Positions 27,466 to 36,889 of a stretch of DNA of 64,000 nucleotides are shown here, one piece after another. The translations under genes and the position numbers were made by a program. The notes beneath the pieces were generated by a model, which ran no database searches, had not been told where the DNA came from, and worked only from the letters and a program-made list of their open reading frames with translations. Numbering within the stretch: position 1 is the stretch's first letter; each line of letters opens with the position of its first letter. This stretch comes from Bacillota bacterium (GTDB lineage Bacteria; Bacillota; Clostridia; Lachnospirales; Lachnospiraceae): the NCBI GenBank assembly GCA_023663285.1, contig JAMPHT010000002.1:6932-70931 (forward strand). Reading direction: 5' to 3'.

Positions 27466-28440
27466 CTATTTCTCCGCCAGCCGCTTGCCTGTCACGTTTA
27501 AAAACACGTCATCCATAGAACCCTGCACCAGTTCAAAACCGGCCAGATGCTCTTCCAACCCTTTTAAGATCGGCAGCGCTTCCATACTGCCGGACAGAGT
27601 GACGGAGACAACATCCTGCTCCTGCGAAATACTGCCGGGCAGGGTGGTTGAGCCCGCGCTCTGCTCCTGTGAAATACCACCGGGCGAGGCGCCCTGCTCC
27701 AGCAGGCTGCGCACCTGCTTCGATTTGCCTGGTGCCGGCCACAGCCGCAGCTTATCCCTGGCATACCGCTCCTTCAGTTCAAAGGGGGTGCCGAACTCCC
27801 TGATCTTCCCACTGTCGATGATGGCGATATGCCCTGCCCTTGTCGCCTCTTCCATGTAGTGGGTGGTAAGGAAAACCGTCATGCCGTCCTCCTGCCGCAG
27901 TCTGTCCAGGCTCTCCCACACCAGCTTCCTGGTGGCCGGGTCCAGTCCTGTGGTAGGTTCGTCCAGGAACAATACCTTCGGCGTGTTTATCAGTGCTGCC
28001 CCCAGCTCGCACCTGCGCTTCTGGCCGCCGGACAGCTTCCCGTACTGCCTGTTATATATTTCCTCCAACTGCAGCCTGTCCCTGACCCGTTCCACCTTCT
28101 CTTTCAATCCCGCCCCGTCAAACCCGTACAGTGAACCTCTCACATACAGATTTTCCTTCACGGTCAGCCTGTCGTCCAGACAGTTTCCCTGCCATACCAC
28201 CCCGATGCTCTCCCTGATCTTCTTATCCTCTTTCCCCAGCCTGCAGCCGCTGATCGTAATTTCCCCGGCTGTAGGTGCGAAAAGAGTACAGAGCATATTG
28301 ACGGTAGTGGATTTTCCTGCCCCGTTGACTCCCAGAAACCCGAACAATTCCCCCTTCTCTACCGTAAAGCTGATGTCGTCCACCGCCTTTACTTCCTTAA
28401 AATATTTCTTCAGTCCTTTTACCGCGATCATAGTTTCCAT
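27466..28440 (-). CDS. ABC exporter ATP-binding protein
   Basis: GVNGAGKST, LSGGQ, LDEPTTGLD, TTHYM. Confidence 0.96.
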   Translation of the reverse strand: METMIAVKGLKKYFKEVKAVDDISFTVEKGELFGFLGVNGAGKSTTVNMLCTLFAPTAGEITISGCRLGKEDKKIRESIGVVWQGNCLDDRLTVKENLYVRGSLYGFDGAGLKEKVERVRDRLQLEEIYNRQYGKLSGGQKRRCELGAALINTPKVLFLDEPTTGLDPATRKLVWESLDRLRQEDGMTVFLTTHYMEEATRAGHIAIIDSGKIREFGTPFELKERYARDKLRLWPAPGKSKQVRSLLEQGASPGGISQEQSAGSTTLPGSISQEQDVVSVTLSGSMEALPILKGLEEHLAGFELVQGSMDDVFLNVTGKRLAEK

Positions 28441-28570
28441 GTGACGCCCTCCGCTTTTCTGCCGGACAGACCCCTGATATGCCTGCCGCCCGCCTTACGC
28501 CTGACCCTGTACCAAGTCTCCGCTATCTGCCCTGCATATGCTCCGCTGCCTGACCCTGCCGGCTTTCATC

Positions 28571-28642
28571 ACCATACAGTAAATGTATACTTACCGCAAT
28601 AGATTTGCGGTAAGCTGCATTTTCGGGCAGGTAAGATGCATT
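28571..28642 (-). promoter_or_regulatory. Promoter of the ABC/LytTR operon with LytTR-type direct repeats
   Basis: GGTAAGcTGCATT (28609) and GGTAAGaTGCATT (28630), 21 bp apart, upstream of minus-strand TTGCGG-17-TATGGT. Confidence 0.7.
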
Positions 28643-28672
28643 CGTCTTTCCTGCAGCAGGTATCTTTCCTGC

Positions 28673-28701
28673 TTGACCGCCCAAACCGCACTTGCTATAA
28701 T
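28673..28701 (+). promoter_or_regulatory. sigmaA promoter (extended -10) of the SDR gene
   Basis: TTGACC-17-TATAAT with TG at the extended position. Confidence 0.75.
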
Positions 28702-28748
28702 GATTGAAAGGCTATTATTAAATAACCAATTGACAGGAGGGCATAAAA

Positions 28749-29549
28749 ATGGGTTTTTTAGAAGGTAAGACTGCAATTATCACAGGTGGCGGACGGGCTG
28801 TTCTTTCCGACGGTTCCTGCGGTTCCATCGGTTACGGCATTGCTACCGCCTATGCAAAAGAGGGGGCTAATCTGGTCATCACCGGACGAAACGTGAAAAA
28901 GCTTGAGGATGCAAAGGAAGAACTGGAGCGGCTCTACGGGATCAAGGTGCTGGCTGTGGCGGCGGATGTGTCCGCAGGCTCCGACAATGAGGCTTCCGTA
29001 AATGATGTGGTTCGCCAGACCATGGACGCTTTCGGAAGGATCGACGTACTGATCAACAACGCTCAGGCATCTGCTTCCGGCGTGACACTGGCCGATCATA
29101 CCACGGAACAGTTTGATCTGGCTCTCTACTCCGGACTGTATGCCGCCTTTTACTATATGAAAGCCTGCTATCCGCACCTGAAGGAGACAAAGGGTACTGT
29201 CATCAATTTTGCTTCCGGTGCAGGACTGTTCGGCAACTTCGGACAATGCGCTTATGCTGCTGCAAAGGAAGGCATCAGAGGTCTCTCCAGAGTAGCTGCC
29301 ACCGAATGGGGCAAAGACGGCATCAACGTGAACGTTATCTGCCCGCTGGCATGGACCGCCCAGCTGGAGCAGTTTGAGCAGGCATATCCCGACGCCTTCA
29401 AGGCAAACGTACATATGCCTCCCATGGGACATTATGGCGACGTGGAAAAAGAGATCGGACGGGTCTGCGTGCAGCTGGCTTCTCCCGATTTCAAATACCT
29501 TTCCGGCGAAACCCTTACGCTGGAAGGCGGAATGGGCTTAAGACCGTAA
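28749..29549 (+). CDS. SDR oxidoreductase, probable bile-acid 12alpha-hydroxysteroid dehydrogenase
   Basis: SDR motifs (NNA, YAAAK). The unusual TGGGRAVLSDGSCGSIGYGIA N-terminus and LEGGMGLRP C-terminus match my recollection of clostridial 12alpha-HSDH. Confidence 0.75.
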   Translation: MGFLEGKTAIITGGGRAVLSDGSCGSIGYGIATAYAKEGANLVITGRNVKKLEDAKEELERLYGIKVLAVAADVSAGSDNEASVNDVVRQTMDAFGRIDVLINNAQASASGVTLADHTTEQFDLALYSGLYAAFYYMKACYPHLKETKGTVINFASGAGLFGNFGQCAYAAAKEGIRGLSRVAATEWGKDGINVNVICPLAWTAQLEQFEQAYPDAFKANVHMPPMGHYGDVEKEIGRVCVQLASPDFKYLSGETLTLEGGMGLRP

Positions 29550-29566
29550 AAAAGCGGACTAAACAC

Positions 29567-29600
29567 ACAGGGGGAAGAATCTTACGGTTCTTCCCCCTGT
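29567..29600. terminator. Stem-loop between convergent genes (probable bidirectional terminator)
   Basis: ACAGGGGGAAGAA / TTCTTCCCCCTGT, 13-bp perfect stem. Confidence 0.75.
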
Positions 29601-29622
29601 TAGAGATCATAAGCATATCTTT

Positions 29623-29865
29623 TTATGCCGTCTTTTTTTCCAGCTCTTCAATGCGCTTTTCAAGCTGATCTATTTTCTTTAATAACAAACCAATGGAATC
29701 CCGTTCCAATTTGCAGGCATTGATTTCATGCTGCATGGATTCCAAACTGTTTTCAATCTTATCAAAATGTTTGTCAACAACATCAAAACGTTCGTTTATC
29801 CTGTCCTCCATTCTTCCCATTTCTTCAATAATGGCATTTACCATCATTTTCATTTCTTCATTCAT
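29623..29865 (-). CDS. Small coiled-coil hypothetical protein
   Basis: AAGGAG RBS; heptad pattern RINERFDVVDKHFDKIE..IDQLEKRIEELE; AT-rich. Confidence 0.7.
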   Translation of the reverse strand: MNEEMKMMVNAIIEEMGRMEDRINERFDVVDKHFDKIENSLESMQHEINACKLERDSIGLLLKKIDQLEKRIEELEKKTA

Positions 29866-29975
29866 ACTCTGCTCCTTTAACTTCGCTCTATTTTCTGCAA
29901 CAGTCTTTTCGATTCATATTATATCAGATTACTGTTCGTTTTCAAGCCATTTTACTTCGATCGTTCCAATCACAA

Positions 29976-30018
29976 AGCGGCAGCCAGGCCGGACGTATGT
30001 CCATACCTGGCTGCCGCT
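29976..30018 (-). terminator. Stem-loop downstream of the lactonase gene
   Basis: AGCGGCAGCCAGG / CCTGGCTGCCGCT. Confidence 0.65.
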
Positions 30019-30070
30019 GTATTATTACGTATTCCGATTGGTCTGTCTGCTTCCGTCAGCGGCATGATCG

Positions 30071-31120
30071 CTACAGCTTGTGAAACGTGATGCAGTTTGG
30101 CACATTCACTGCAAGGGGCGCTCCATTCATGATCATAGTGCCGTTCTTCACATCCACATGAAAGAAAGTCATGTCGTTGGACTCATGATTCAGGGATACC
30201 AGGAACTTATCATTCGGGAACAGGATAGCGTCCTTGGGATATTCGCCGCTGACAGGCAGACAGAATATCTTTGTCAGCATACCCGTTTCCTCATCCACAC
30301 TGAAAAGCACCGCGGAATTATCGCCGGCCACGGTACTGACCAGGTACTTGTGATCCTCGGAAAAGGTCAGCGCACTGGTGGCATTGGAACTGCCCTGTTC
30401 AAGTTCTACAGTCTCCACAGACTGGATCTTCTCAAACACGGGCTGTCCGTCCTTATCCTCGTAGGAATACACATCTATATAACACTTCCACTCATGGACG
30501 ATATAGACAAACCGTCCGTCCCTGGAGATCTTGATGTGCCTGGGCGCAGACTCGATGGCGCTCCTGATCACATCCGCCAGCGTCACCTTGCCGGTCTCGT
30601 GATCCAGCCGGTATACATTCACGTGATCCATCCCCTGGTCCGCCACCAGCAGATACTTATTATCATGGGTCATTCTGGCGCAGTTGATATGGGGCCGGAA
30701 ATTCCTGTCCGCCAGACTTCCCAGACCCTTGTGGAAGATCTCATCGGTGATCTCGCCGATGGAACCGTCCTCCTTCAGCCTGAGTACAGTCAGCTTGCCG
30801 TCGTGGTAGCCTGCCACAAACAGATAACTGTCCGTGTAATCCGTGGACACATAGCAGCCTCTCATACCGTTGATAGGTGCAAAATTCAGAATATCCAGCC
30901 CGCCGTCCTTCTTTATTTTGTATGACTCCACCCCGAAATCCGTGATGGAATACAGATATTTCCTGTTGTGCGAAATGGTCACATAGGAAGAGTTTGTGAT
31001 CTCCACCTGATCCTTTTCCACAAAGCGTCCATTCTTCATATCCACATCATATATTTTGATTCCGTGGTTATCTCCCTGGGTGTAGGTAGAGACATATGCC
31101 ACATATTTTTCCTTTTCCAT
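30071..31120 (-). CDS. Lactonase family beta-propeller (6-phosphogluconolactonase-like)
   Basis: AYVSTYT, RPHIN, DQGMDHVNVY, PRH motifs. Confidence 0.85.
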   Translation of the reverse strand: MEKEKYVAYVSTYTQGDNHGIKIYDVDMKNGRFVEKDQVEITNSSYVTISHNRKYLYSITDFGVESYKIKKDGGLDILNFAPINGMRGCYVSTDYTDSYLFVAGYHDGKLTVLRLKEDGSIGEITDEIFHKGLGSLADRNFRPHINCARMTHDNKYLLVADQGMDHVNVYRLDHETGKVTLADVIRSAIESAPRHIKISRDGRFVYIVHEWKCYIDVYSYEDKDGQPVFEKIQSVETVELEQGSSNATSALTFSEDHKYLVSTVAGDNSAVLFSVDEETGMLTKIFCLPVSGEYPKDAILFPNDKFLVSLNHESNDMTFFHVDVKNGTMIMNGAPLAVNVPNCITFHKL

Positions 31121-31188
31121 GGGTCATACCTCCTTTGTCTCTCCTACAATATAGCACAAAATGTGCCTTTGTAAAAGTCTTTTTTCAG

Positions 31189-31515
31189 TTAATTATTGCA
31201 GCCGCAGTCTCTGTCGTCATCGCAGCCCATATCCCGTCTTGGCATGGGGGGATAATCCTGCCAGGGCGGCGGGACCATGCCGGGGCCGTCGCAGACAGCC
31301 TGCTCCCGCTCTCTCGCCTCGCGGACGTCCCGCAGGGCTTCCCGCACATCCTCTCTTGCCTCCCGCACCGCTTCCCTTGCACAGGCGCACCTTGCGCTAT
31401 CGCATTCTCCGCGGCCATTATTGCAGTTTCCGCCACTGCCGCATCCGCAGCTGTTGCTGCGTCCACTGTTGCAGCCGCCGCATCCGAACAGTAACAATAA
31501 AATGATCCAGTTCAT
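31189..31515 (-). CDS. Small Cys/Gly-rich protein, candidate spore coat/exosporium component
   Basis: MNWIILLLLFGCGGC..; REA-rich repeats; C-terminal DCGCNN; sigmaK-type promoter upstream. Confidence 0.7.
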   Translation of the reverse strand: MNWIILLLLFGCGGCNSGRSNSCGCGSGGNCNNGRGECDSARCACAREAVREAREDVREALRDVREAREREQAVCDGPGMVPPPWQDYPPMPRRDMGCDDDRDCGCNN

Positions 31516-31540
31516 ATGCTCACCATATTTGTTTTTATGG

Positions 31541-31568
31541 TATCATATGTTCCGTCTCTTTCTCCTGT
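31541..31568 (-). promoter_or_regulatory. sigmaK-type promoter
   Basis: Minus strand ACA-16 nt-CATATGATA matches the sigmaK consensus ACM-N16-CATANNNTA. Confidence 0.6.
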
Positions 31569-32109
31569 GCCGGTCCAGCTTCAGCTGACGCCTGATTCGT
31601 GCGAAGGTTTTCTGCTCTCCCTCCCTGGCCAGAAGCCGCAGCATCCTTTCCAGCTTTTTTGCCGTCTCCGGGTGGATCATCCTGCTTGCCTTTCCCTGCA
31701 GGTAATATTCCAGAGGGGACGAGTCCGTATAGTCTTTTCCCTTGTATACCTTGCTTGCCGCAATGCGGTCCATCACCATCTCCGCAACATATTTGTCCGG
31801 CATGGGCACCGGCACCACACACCCCCTCTTTTCAGGGTCGCTGGAATAATCCGTCCAGTATTCAAAGTGATGTCTGTTCCTTCCCTTGTGGTGCATCCAA
31901 GCCGCGGAATATCCTTTCTTCTCCCGCTCGGCGTTGTTGGGACTTCTCGTCCCCTGATAATACCTGGCGCCTGCTATAAACTCTGCGGGACTGTACTTGG
32001 ACAAATCATGCAGGATGCCCTGGCGGAACAGCCCCACCTGAAAACAGCCCTTTGCCACCAGGAGCTTGTGATATGTAATTGTCTTAAAATGACTCCAAGC
32101 CTTATTCAT
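31543..32109 (-). CDS. DUF5662-like HD-related protein
   Basis: LHDLSKYSP, AWMHHKGRNRHHFEYW, EMVMDRIAA. Confidence 0.75.
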   Translation of the reverse strand: MNKAWSHFKTITYHKLLVAKGCFQVGLFRQGILHDLSKYSPAEFIAGARYYQGTRSPNNAEREKKGYSAAWMHHKGRNRHHFEYWTDYSSDPEKRGCVVPVPMPDKYVAEMVMDRIAASKVYKGKDYTDSSPLEYYLQGKASRMIHPETAKKLERMLRLLAREGEQKTFARIRRQLKLDRHRRKRRNI

Positions 32110-32114
32110 TTATT

Positions 32115-34010
32115 TTAAGCCTTTCTGCCCCTTTTCCCGCCGCCTGTCTCTGTTTTCTGCTCCGCCTGTGCGCTGATCAACACCACAATGCTCCTGGGTA
32201 AAGCCGTCACGCCGCTGTCAGGGCTTTCCTCTTCCCCGGTCCTCAAAGGATCCGCCGTCTCCGCCGTCGCAAAGGCCATACGCCAGCACATACCCTTCGG
32301 CAGCTTCGGCAATGCCAGCCAATGGCTTTCCCAGTGCATATTCATTGCAATGTAAATAAAATCATCCGTCCCGTATTTGTCGCTCTGCACATATTTCCCG
32401 CAAAGCATGATGCCGATATGCCTGCTATGGCTCTCTATACGGGCTCTCCACGCGCTTTCTCCGTGATAGGACAGGTCGGGATAGCCGCAGGACAGATGAT
32501 CCATCAACTGAAGCGGGCTTTCCGGATGAAGAATAGGATGCTTTTTCCGAAAGGCAGCCGTCTGTTTCCAGAATTCCAGTATCTCACTGTTCTTCTTTCC
32601 CCAGTCAAGCCAGCATACTCCATTGTCCTGACACCATGGATTGTTATTTCCCCGCTGAGTATTTCCGAACTCATCCCCCATAAATATCAGCGGCGTTGAC
32701 TGGGTCAACAGCAGCATACAGATCGCATTTTTTATCTGTTTGATGCGGAGCTGCCTGACTCTGCGGCTTCTTGTGCCGCCCTCCTCGCCGCAGTTCCAGC
32801 TGCAGTTATATTCGTTTCCGTCCCTGTTCTCCTCTCCGTTGGCCTCGTTGTGCTTATAGTCATAGGACACAAGATCCGCCAGGGTAAAACCGTAATAATT
32901 CGTAAGGTAATGAATGCGCCCTGCCTTTTCCGGGATATACCGCATATGGCGCAGCGCGCTGCCCAGCATATTATCGTCTCCCTTCAGAAGCCTGCGCATA
33001 TCGTAGAGATAGCCGTCATTATACTCCGCCAGATGCGGAAATTTCGGCGCGCTCATTTTATCATAGACAGTTTCCCGCCCAAATCCGTAATACATCATCT
33101 TCCTGTCCGAAAGCAGTGGGTCTGCGGCAAGCATTTCCAAGGGAAGATCCCCCCCCATGAGATGAAAACCGTCCACATGGTACTCCAGTGTCCAGAATCG
33201 CAGGATCTCTGTGATCTCATTCCGATCAACGTCCTCCGGAAAATAGAACTGCATCACCAGCTCCATATGATTTTTATGCAGCTCCCTGATCAGGCGTCTA
33301 AACTCCTCCGGCGCGTCGCCGGAAGCGGCATAGGCCGCCTTGGGCGCATAGTAATACCCCTTTTTATAGCCCCAGTAATTTACCTTTCTCTCTTTCTCAG
33401 GCGGTCCGACAGTCTCCGGAACGCAGTAGGGCGGCAGATTTTCATCTCTTTTCTCCTCCGCCTCCTCAAATTCATAGGCGGGCTGCAGCTCCAACGTCGT
33501 AACTCCTATTTCCCGTAAATACGGAATCTTTTCTCTGATCCCGTCAAAGGTCCCTCTGTTTTTTACCGCCGACGAGCTATGTTTTGTAAAGCCTCTCACA
33601 TGGATACAATAGCAGATTGCTTCGCTGTAAGGGATCTCAGGACGCCGGTCCCCTTCCCAGTCGTAGGCATCAGGCAGAAATCCGGCTCTTCTTTTGTCTC
33701 TTTCGATCCTTTTTCCATATACATATTTCCCCGGAAATACCCGCCCATGTTCGTCCGGCACGATCTCCTGTCCCTGATAAAACTGATAGGTCACAGCTTC
33801 CGGGCGTATTCCTTCCACCCTTTTGCAATAAATATTTCCCATTCTGTCCTCTTCGGAGAAGGGAATTCTCCGCAGCTGCCTGCCCGTGCGGGAGCTATAA
33901 AGCAGAATGCCGCAGTCAGCCGTCTCGGACACAAAGGAAAAACAAATTCCATCTGCCTCCGGTCTTGCTCCCAATGGGTAAGGATTTCTGTTGCCGCTCA
34001 TATTAGTCAT
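32115..34010 (-). CDS. GlgX/isoamylase-like GH13 protein with degenerate catalytic residues
   Basis: PYPLGA, HVRGFT, NYWGY, YDYKHNEANGEENRDG, SWNCGEEG, MGDEFGNTQRGNNN. Confidence 0.85.
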   Translation of the reverse strand: MTNMSGNRNPYPLGARPEADGICFSFVSETADCGILLYSSRTGRQLRRIPFSEEDRMGNIYCKRVEGIRPEAVTYQFYQGQEIVPDEHGRVFPGKYVYGKRIERDKRRAGFLPDAYDWEGDRRPEIPYSEAICYCIHVRGFTKHSSSAVKNRGTFDGIREKIPYLREIGVTTLELQPAYEFEEAEEKRDENLPPYCVPETVGPPEKERKVNYWGYKKGYYYAPKAAYAASGDAPEEFRRLIRELHKNHMELVMQFYFPEDVDRNEITEILRFWTLEYHVDGFHLMGGDLPLEMLAADPLLSDRKMMYYGFGRETVYDKMSAPKFPHLAEYNDGYLYDMRRLLKGDDNMLGSALRHMRYIPEKAGRIHYLTNYYGFTLADLVSYDYKHNEANGEENRDGNEYNCSWNCGEEGGTRSRRVRQLRIKQIKNAICMLLLTQSTPLIFMGDEFGNTQRGNNNPWCQDNGVCWLDWGKKNSEILEFWKQTAAFRKKHPILHPESPLQLMDHLSCGYPDLSYHGESAWRARIESHSRHIGIMLCGKYVQSDKYGTDDFIYIAMNMHWESHWLALPKLPKGMCWRMAFATAETADPLRTGEEESPDSGVTALPRSIVVLISAQAEQKTETGGGKRGRKA

Positions 34011-34138
34011 ATTCCATCCTCCATTCCGCTTATGTAACTACTATTATACTGGATATACCATGAAATCACAAGCGTCGATTGACAAACCCGCAAAATTAGC
34101 GTACTATTCAGCCATAATGTGATTGTCGGGAGGCGGCC

Positions 34139-35539
34139 ATGAAACGTAAGAAAAACTATCTGCTTGCCATAATGATTCCGGTCCTGGTGCTGGTATGCCT
34201 TATCGTCATGTCCTTCTATCCGGCGGGAACCCGTATGTTTACTGCTGTTGCAGGACTTCTGAAGGTTCAACAGAGCGCAGATACTCTTACTCCCGCAGAA
34301 TCATCCGAAGCCTTATCGCCGGAACCGGAGGCTGCCGCAGCGCCGGACGCCACGCCGGAGTCGGTTCCAGCTCCAACGCCGGAGCCTGCCTTTGAGGAAT
34401 ATGACATCACTCTCTTAGCCGTAGGCGACAATCTGATGCACATGGGGATCGTCAGGACCGGACAGATGAAGGACGGCACCTATGACTATGCCTTTCTGTT
34501 TGAGAATATCCGCTGTTTTCTGGAGACTGCAGATATAAAGGTGATCAATCAGGAGACGATCCTGGGCGGAAATGAACTTGGCTTTTCCGGCTTCCCTCTC
34601 TTCAACTCCCCCACAGAGGTTGGCGACGCCATCGCCGACGCCGGTTTTAATGTAGTGCTCCATGCCACCAATCACGCCGCGGATCAGGGACTGCAGGGCA
34701 TCTTAAACTGCGCCTCCTACTGGCAGGAATCGCATCCCGATGTTTTAATGACAGGCATCACAGGAGCCGCAGAAGCTTCCGATGCCGCCGCAGGCAGCGC
34801 AATTTCCCTTCTTGAGACAGACGGCGTCACCTTTGCCATCTTAAACTATACCTACGGTCCCAACGCCGAGACTTTATCTTCCTCTCTTAAGGGGCATCTG
34901 AATATGCTCTGCGCTTATAATGAAAAAAACGGCCGCATCGACTTCACCAGTTTAAACCCTCAGGTGCTGGAGGATATCCAACTGGCAAAGCAGCTTGCGG
35001 ACATTGTCATCGTGTTTCCTCACTGGGGCACGGAATATCAGAAAAATCCATCCGGCTACCAGCGAAAATTCGCCCTGGAAATGACGGAAGCCGGTGCGGA
35101 TCTGATCATAGGCACCCACCCTCACGTCCCTCAGCCCGTGGAAAAGATCACTGCCGAGAACGGCAACACCGCCCTTTGCTACTATTCTCTTGGCAACTAT
35201 GTATCCACTCAGAAAAAGGCCCTGTGTATGCTGGAGGAAATGGCCTGGGTCACCTTTCATGTATCTGAGGAGGGCGTCTCCATCGCAGAAGAACGAACCG
35301 GCGTCCTTCCCCTTGTCTGCCATTACACCAGCGGCCCCACCCGGCTGGAAAACGTGTACCTGCTGGAGGATTACACAGAAGAACAGGCCGCCCGCCACGG
35401 CATCCGCAGCTACGGCGGCGTGGCATTAAAGCTCTCTGACCTGCAGGCCTGGTGCGATGAGATCATGGGGGACTGGACTCTGAAAAAATCAGATCTGCCC
35501 CTCATCGACAATTCATCCGACGATACGTCAGTCGATTAA
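34139..35539 (+). CDS. CapA family metallophosphoesterase, membrane anchored
   Basis: AVGDNLMH, NQET, ATNH, PHWGTEY, IIGTHPHV, YSLGN; upstream TTGACA-17-TACTAT (34079-34107). Confidence 0.9.
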   Translation: MKRKKNYLLAIMIPVLVLVCLIVMSFYPAGTRMFTAVAGLLKVQQSADTLTPAESSEALSPEPEAAAAPDATPESVPAPTPEPAFEEYDITLLAVGDNLMHMGIVRTGQMKDGTYDYAFLFENIRCFLETADIKVINQETILGGNELGFSGFPLFNSPTEVGDAIADAGFNVVLHATNHAADQGLQGILNCASYWQESHPDVLMTGITGAAEASDAAAGSAISLLETDGVTFAILNYTYGPNAETLSSSLKGHLNMLCAYNEKNGRIDFTSLNPQVLEDIQLAKQLADIVIVFPHWGTEYQKNPSGYQRKFALEMTEAGADLIIGTHPHVPQPVEKITAENGNTALCYYSLGNYVSTQKKALCMLEEMAWVTFHVSEEGVSIAEERTGVLPLVCHYTSGPTRLENVYLLEDYTEEQAARHGIRSYGGVALKLSDLQAWCDEIMGDWTLKKSDLPLIDNSSDDTSVD

Positions 35540-36889
35540 GTTTTTCACCCCCAGTATATTGTCATAGTCGGCCTCCTGGATTATTACCCCCTTGCGGGAA
35601 TTTGCCGCATGAATGATCTGTCCGTCCCCGATGTACAAGGCCACATGGGTACATCGACGGGAACCGTAGCATATGATATCTCCCGGCCGCGCTTCACTGT
35701 ATGACACGCTCCTGCCTGCGCCGGAGAGCTGTCCCGCAGGCGTCCGGCTCACTGAATAGCCAAACGCCGCGTAAACAAGACTGGTGAAGCCGGAGCAGTC
35801 CGTGCCTGTCTCCAGGGATTGTCCGCCATGCACATAACGATTTCCCAGAAACTGCATGGCATAAGCCACGATCTCGCCGCGCAGCTCCTCATTCGTAGAA
35901 TACTCTCCCGATGGAGGCGTCACTGTGATCTCGGTGCTCTCAGCTGCCTGAGCCTCGGAAACATTCTGCCGCTGCTCCAACGCCTTTTTCGCCGCCAGCT
36001 CCGCGGCTTCCTCTTCCAGCGTTTTCGCATAGACGAACTCCTCCGTCACCGTCACATACTCCGCCGCCACATAGCCCGTTTTACTGCGGGTATACTGCAC
36101 CTTCAGCCAGTCCCCCAGATTCTCCAGTATCCGGACCTTCTCCCCTTTGTCAATATAGCCGATCCTCTTCGTCTCCACATCCGGATTTTCCCTGACATTC
36201 AAACGGGTGGCCAAAACCACCGCATATCTTGTCACATGATCGTCTATCACTTCCGCGGCGGCAGCTCCGTACAAAAAGAACTCCGATTTGATATAGCCCT
36301 CCACATTGCCGGAGACTACCCGAAACCATTCTCCATCCTCCCCATCAACCGTCTCCAGTATCTGGGCCACTGCGCCGTCGTATATCTTGCCCACGATGGA
36401 ACTGCCGGTATCCGGCCCGGTGCGGACGTTGACATAGTTTCTCACGTCGGCAATAGCCAGATCCGCGTACTCGTTTTCCGGTTCTTCCTCAGGTATCGGA
36501 GCCCCCGCTTCGATACCGCTGTCCTCCGATGCCGGAGCGCCTTCCGCCGGCGCCGCACCGCCCGCTTCCTGCTCCCGGACTGTGCTTTCCGTCGGCTCTG
36601 CATCTGCCGCTCCCGGTTCCTGCCGCTCACTGTCCGCAAACAGCGGCGGCATCAGCTCCGCCCCGATGCCGCCCGCCATACTCAGCTCCCCGGTCTTAGT
36701 GAAAACCTCCGCCACCGGTTTCACAGCCTCTGCCGTATTCATCGCTCCCGCTATGCCTGCCGCTCCCGTCTTTCCGATCCCGGCTTTCTCTCCCGCGGCT
36801 TCCCAAACGGCAGCCGCCGCTTCCCCGTAAAGGCTCCCTGTCAGCAGACAAAGAACCAGTATGCCCGTAATTTTATGTTTCATCCTCAT
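35528..36889 (-). CDS. Secreted SH3b x2 + NlpC/P60 (C40) peptidoglycan endopeptidase
   Basis: Signal peptide; VNVRTGP and LNVRENP SH3b repeats; DCSG, HVALY, IIHA catalytic motifs. Confidence 0.92.
   Translation of the reverse strand: MRMKHKITGILVLCLLTGSLYGEAAAAVWEAAGEKAGIGKTGAAGIAGAMNTAEAVKPVAEVFTKTGELSMAGGIGAELMPPLFADSERQEPGAADAEPTESTVREQEAGGAAPAEGAPASEDSGIEAGAPIPEEEPENEYADLAIADVRNYVNVRTGPDTGSSIVGKIYDGAVAQILETVDGEDGEWFRVVSGNVEGYIKSEFFLYGAAAAEVIDDHVTRYAVVLATRLNVRENPDVETKRIGYIDKGEKVRILENLGDWLKVQYTRSKTGYVAAEYVTVTEEFVYAKTLEEEAAELAAKKALEQRQNVSEAQAAESTEITVTPPSGEYSTNEELRGEIVAYAMQFLGNRYVHGGQSLETGTDCSGFTSLVYAAFGYSVSRTPAGQLSGAGRSVSYSEARPGDIICYGSRRCTHVALYIGDGQIIHAANSRKGVIIQEADYDNILGVKNLID

Noticed and set aside
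34139-35539. CapA as evidence of a poly-gamma-glutamate capsule
   Set aside because: No capB/capC in the window; stand-alone CapA-like proteins are common.
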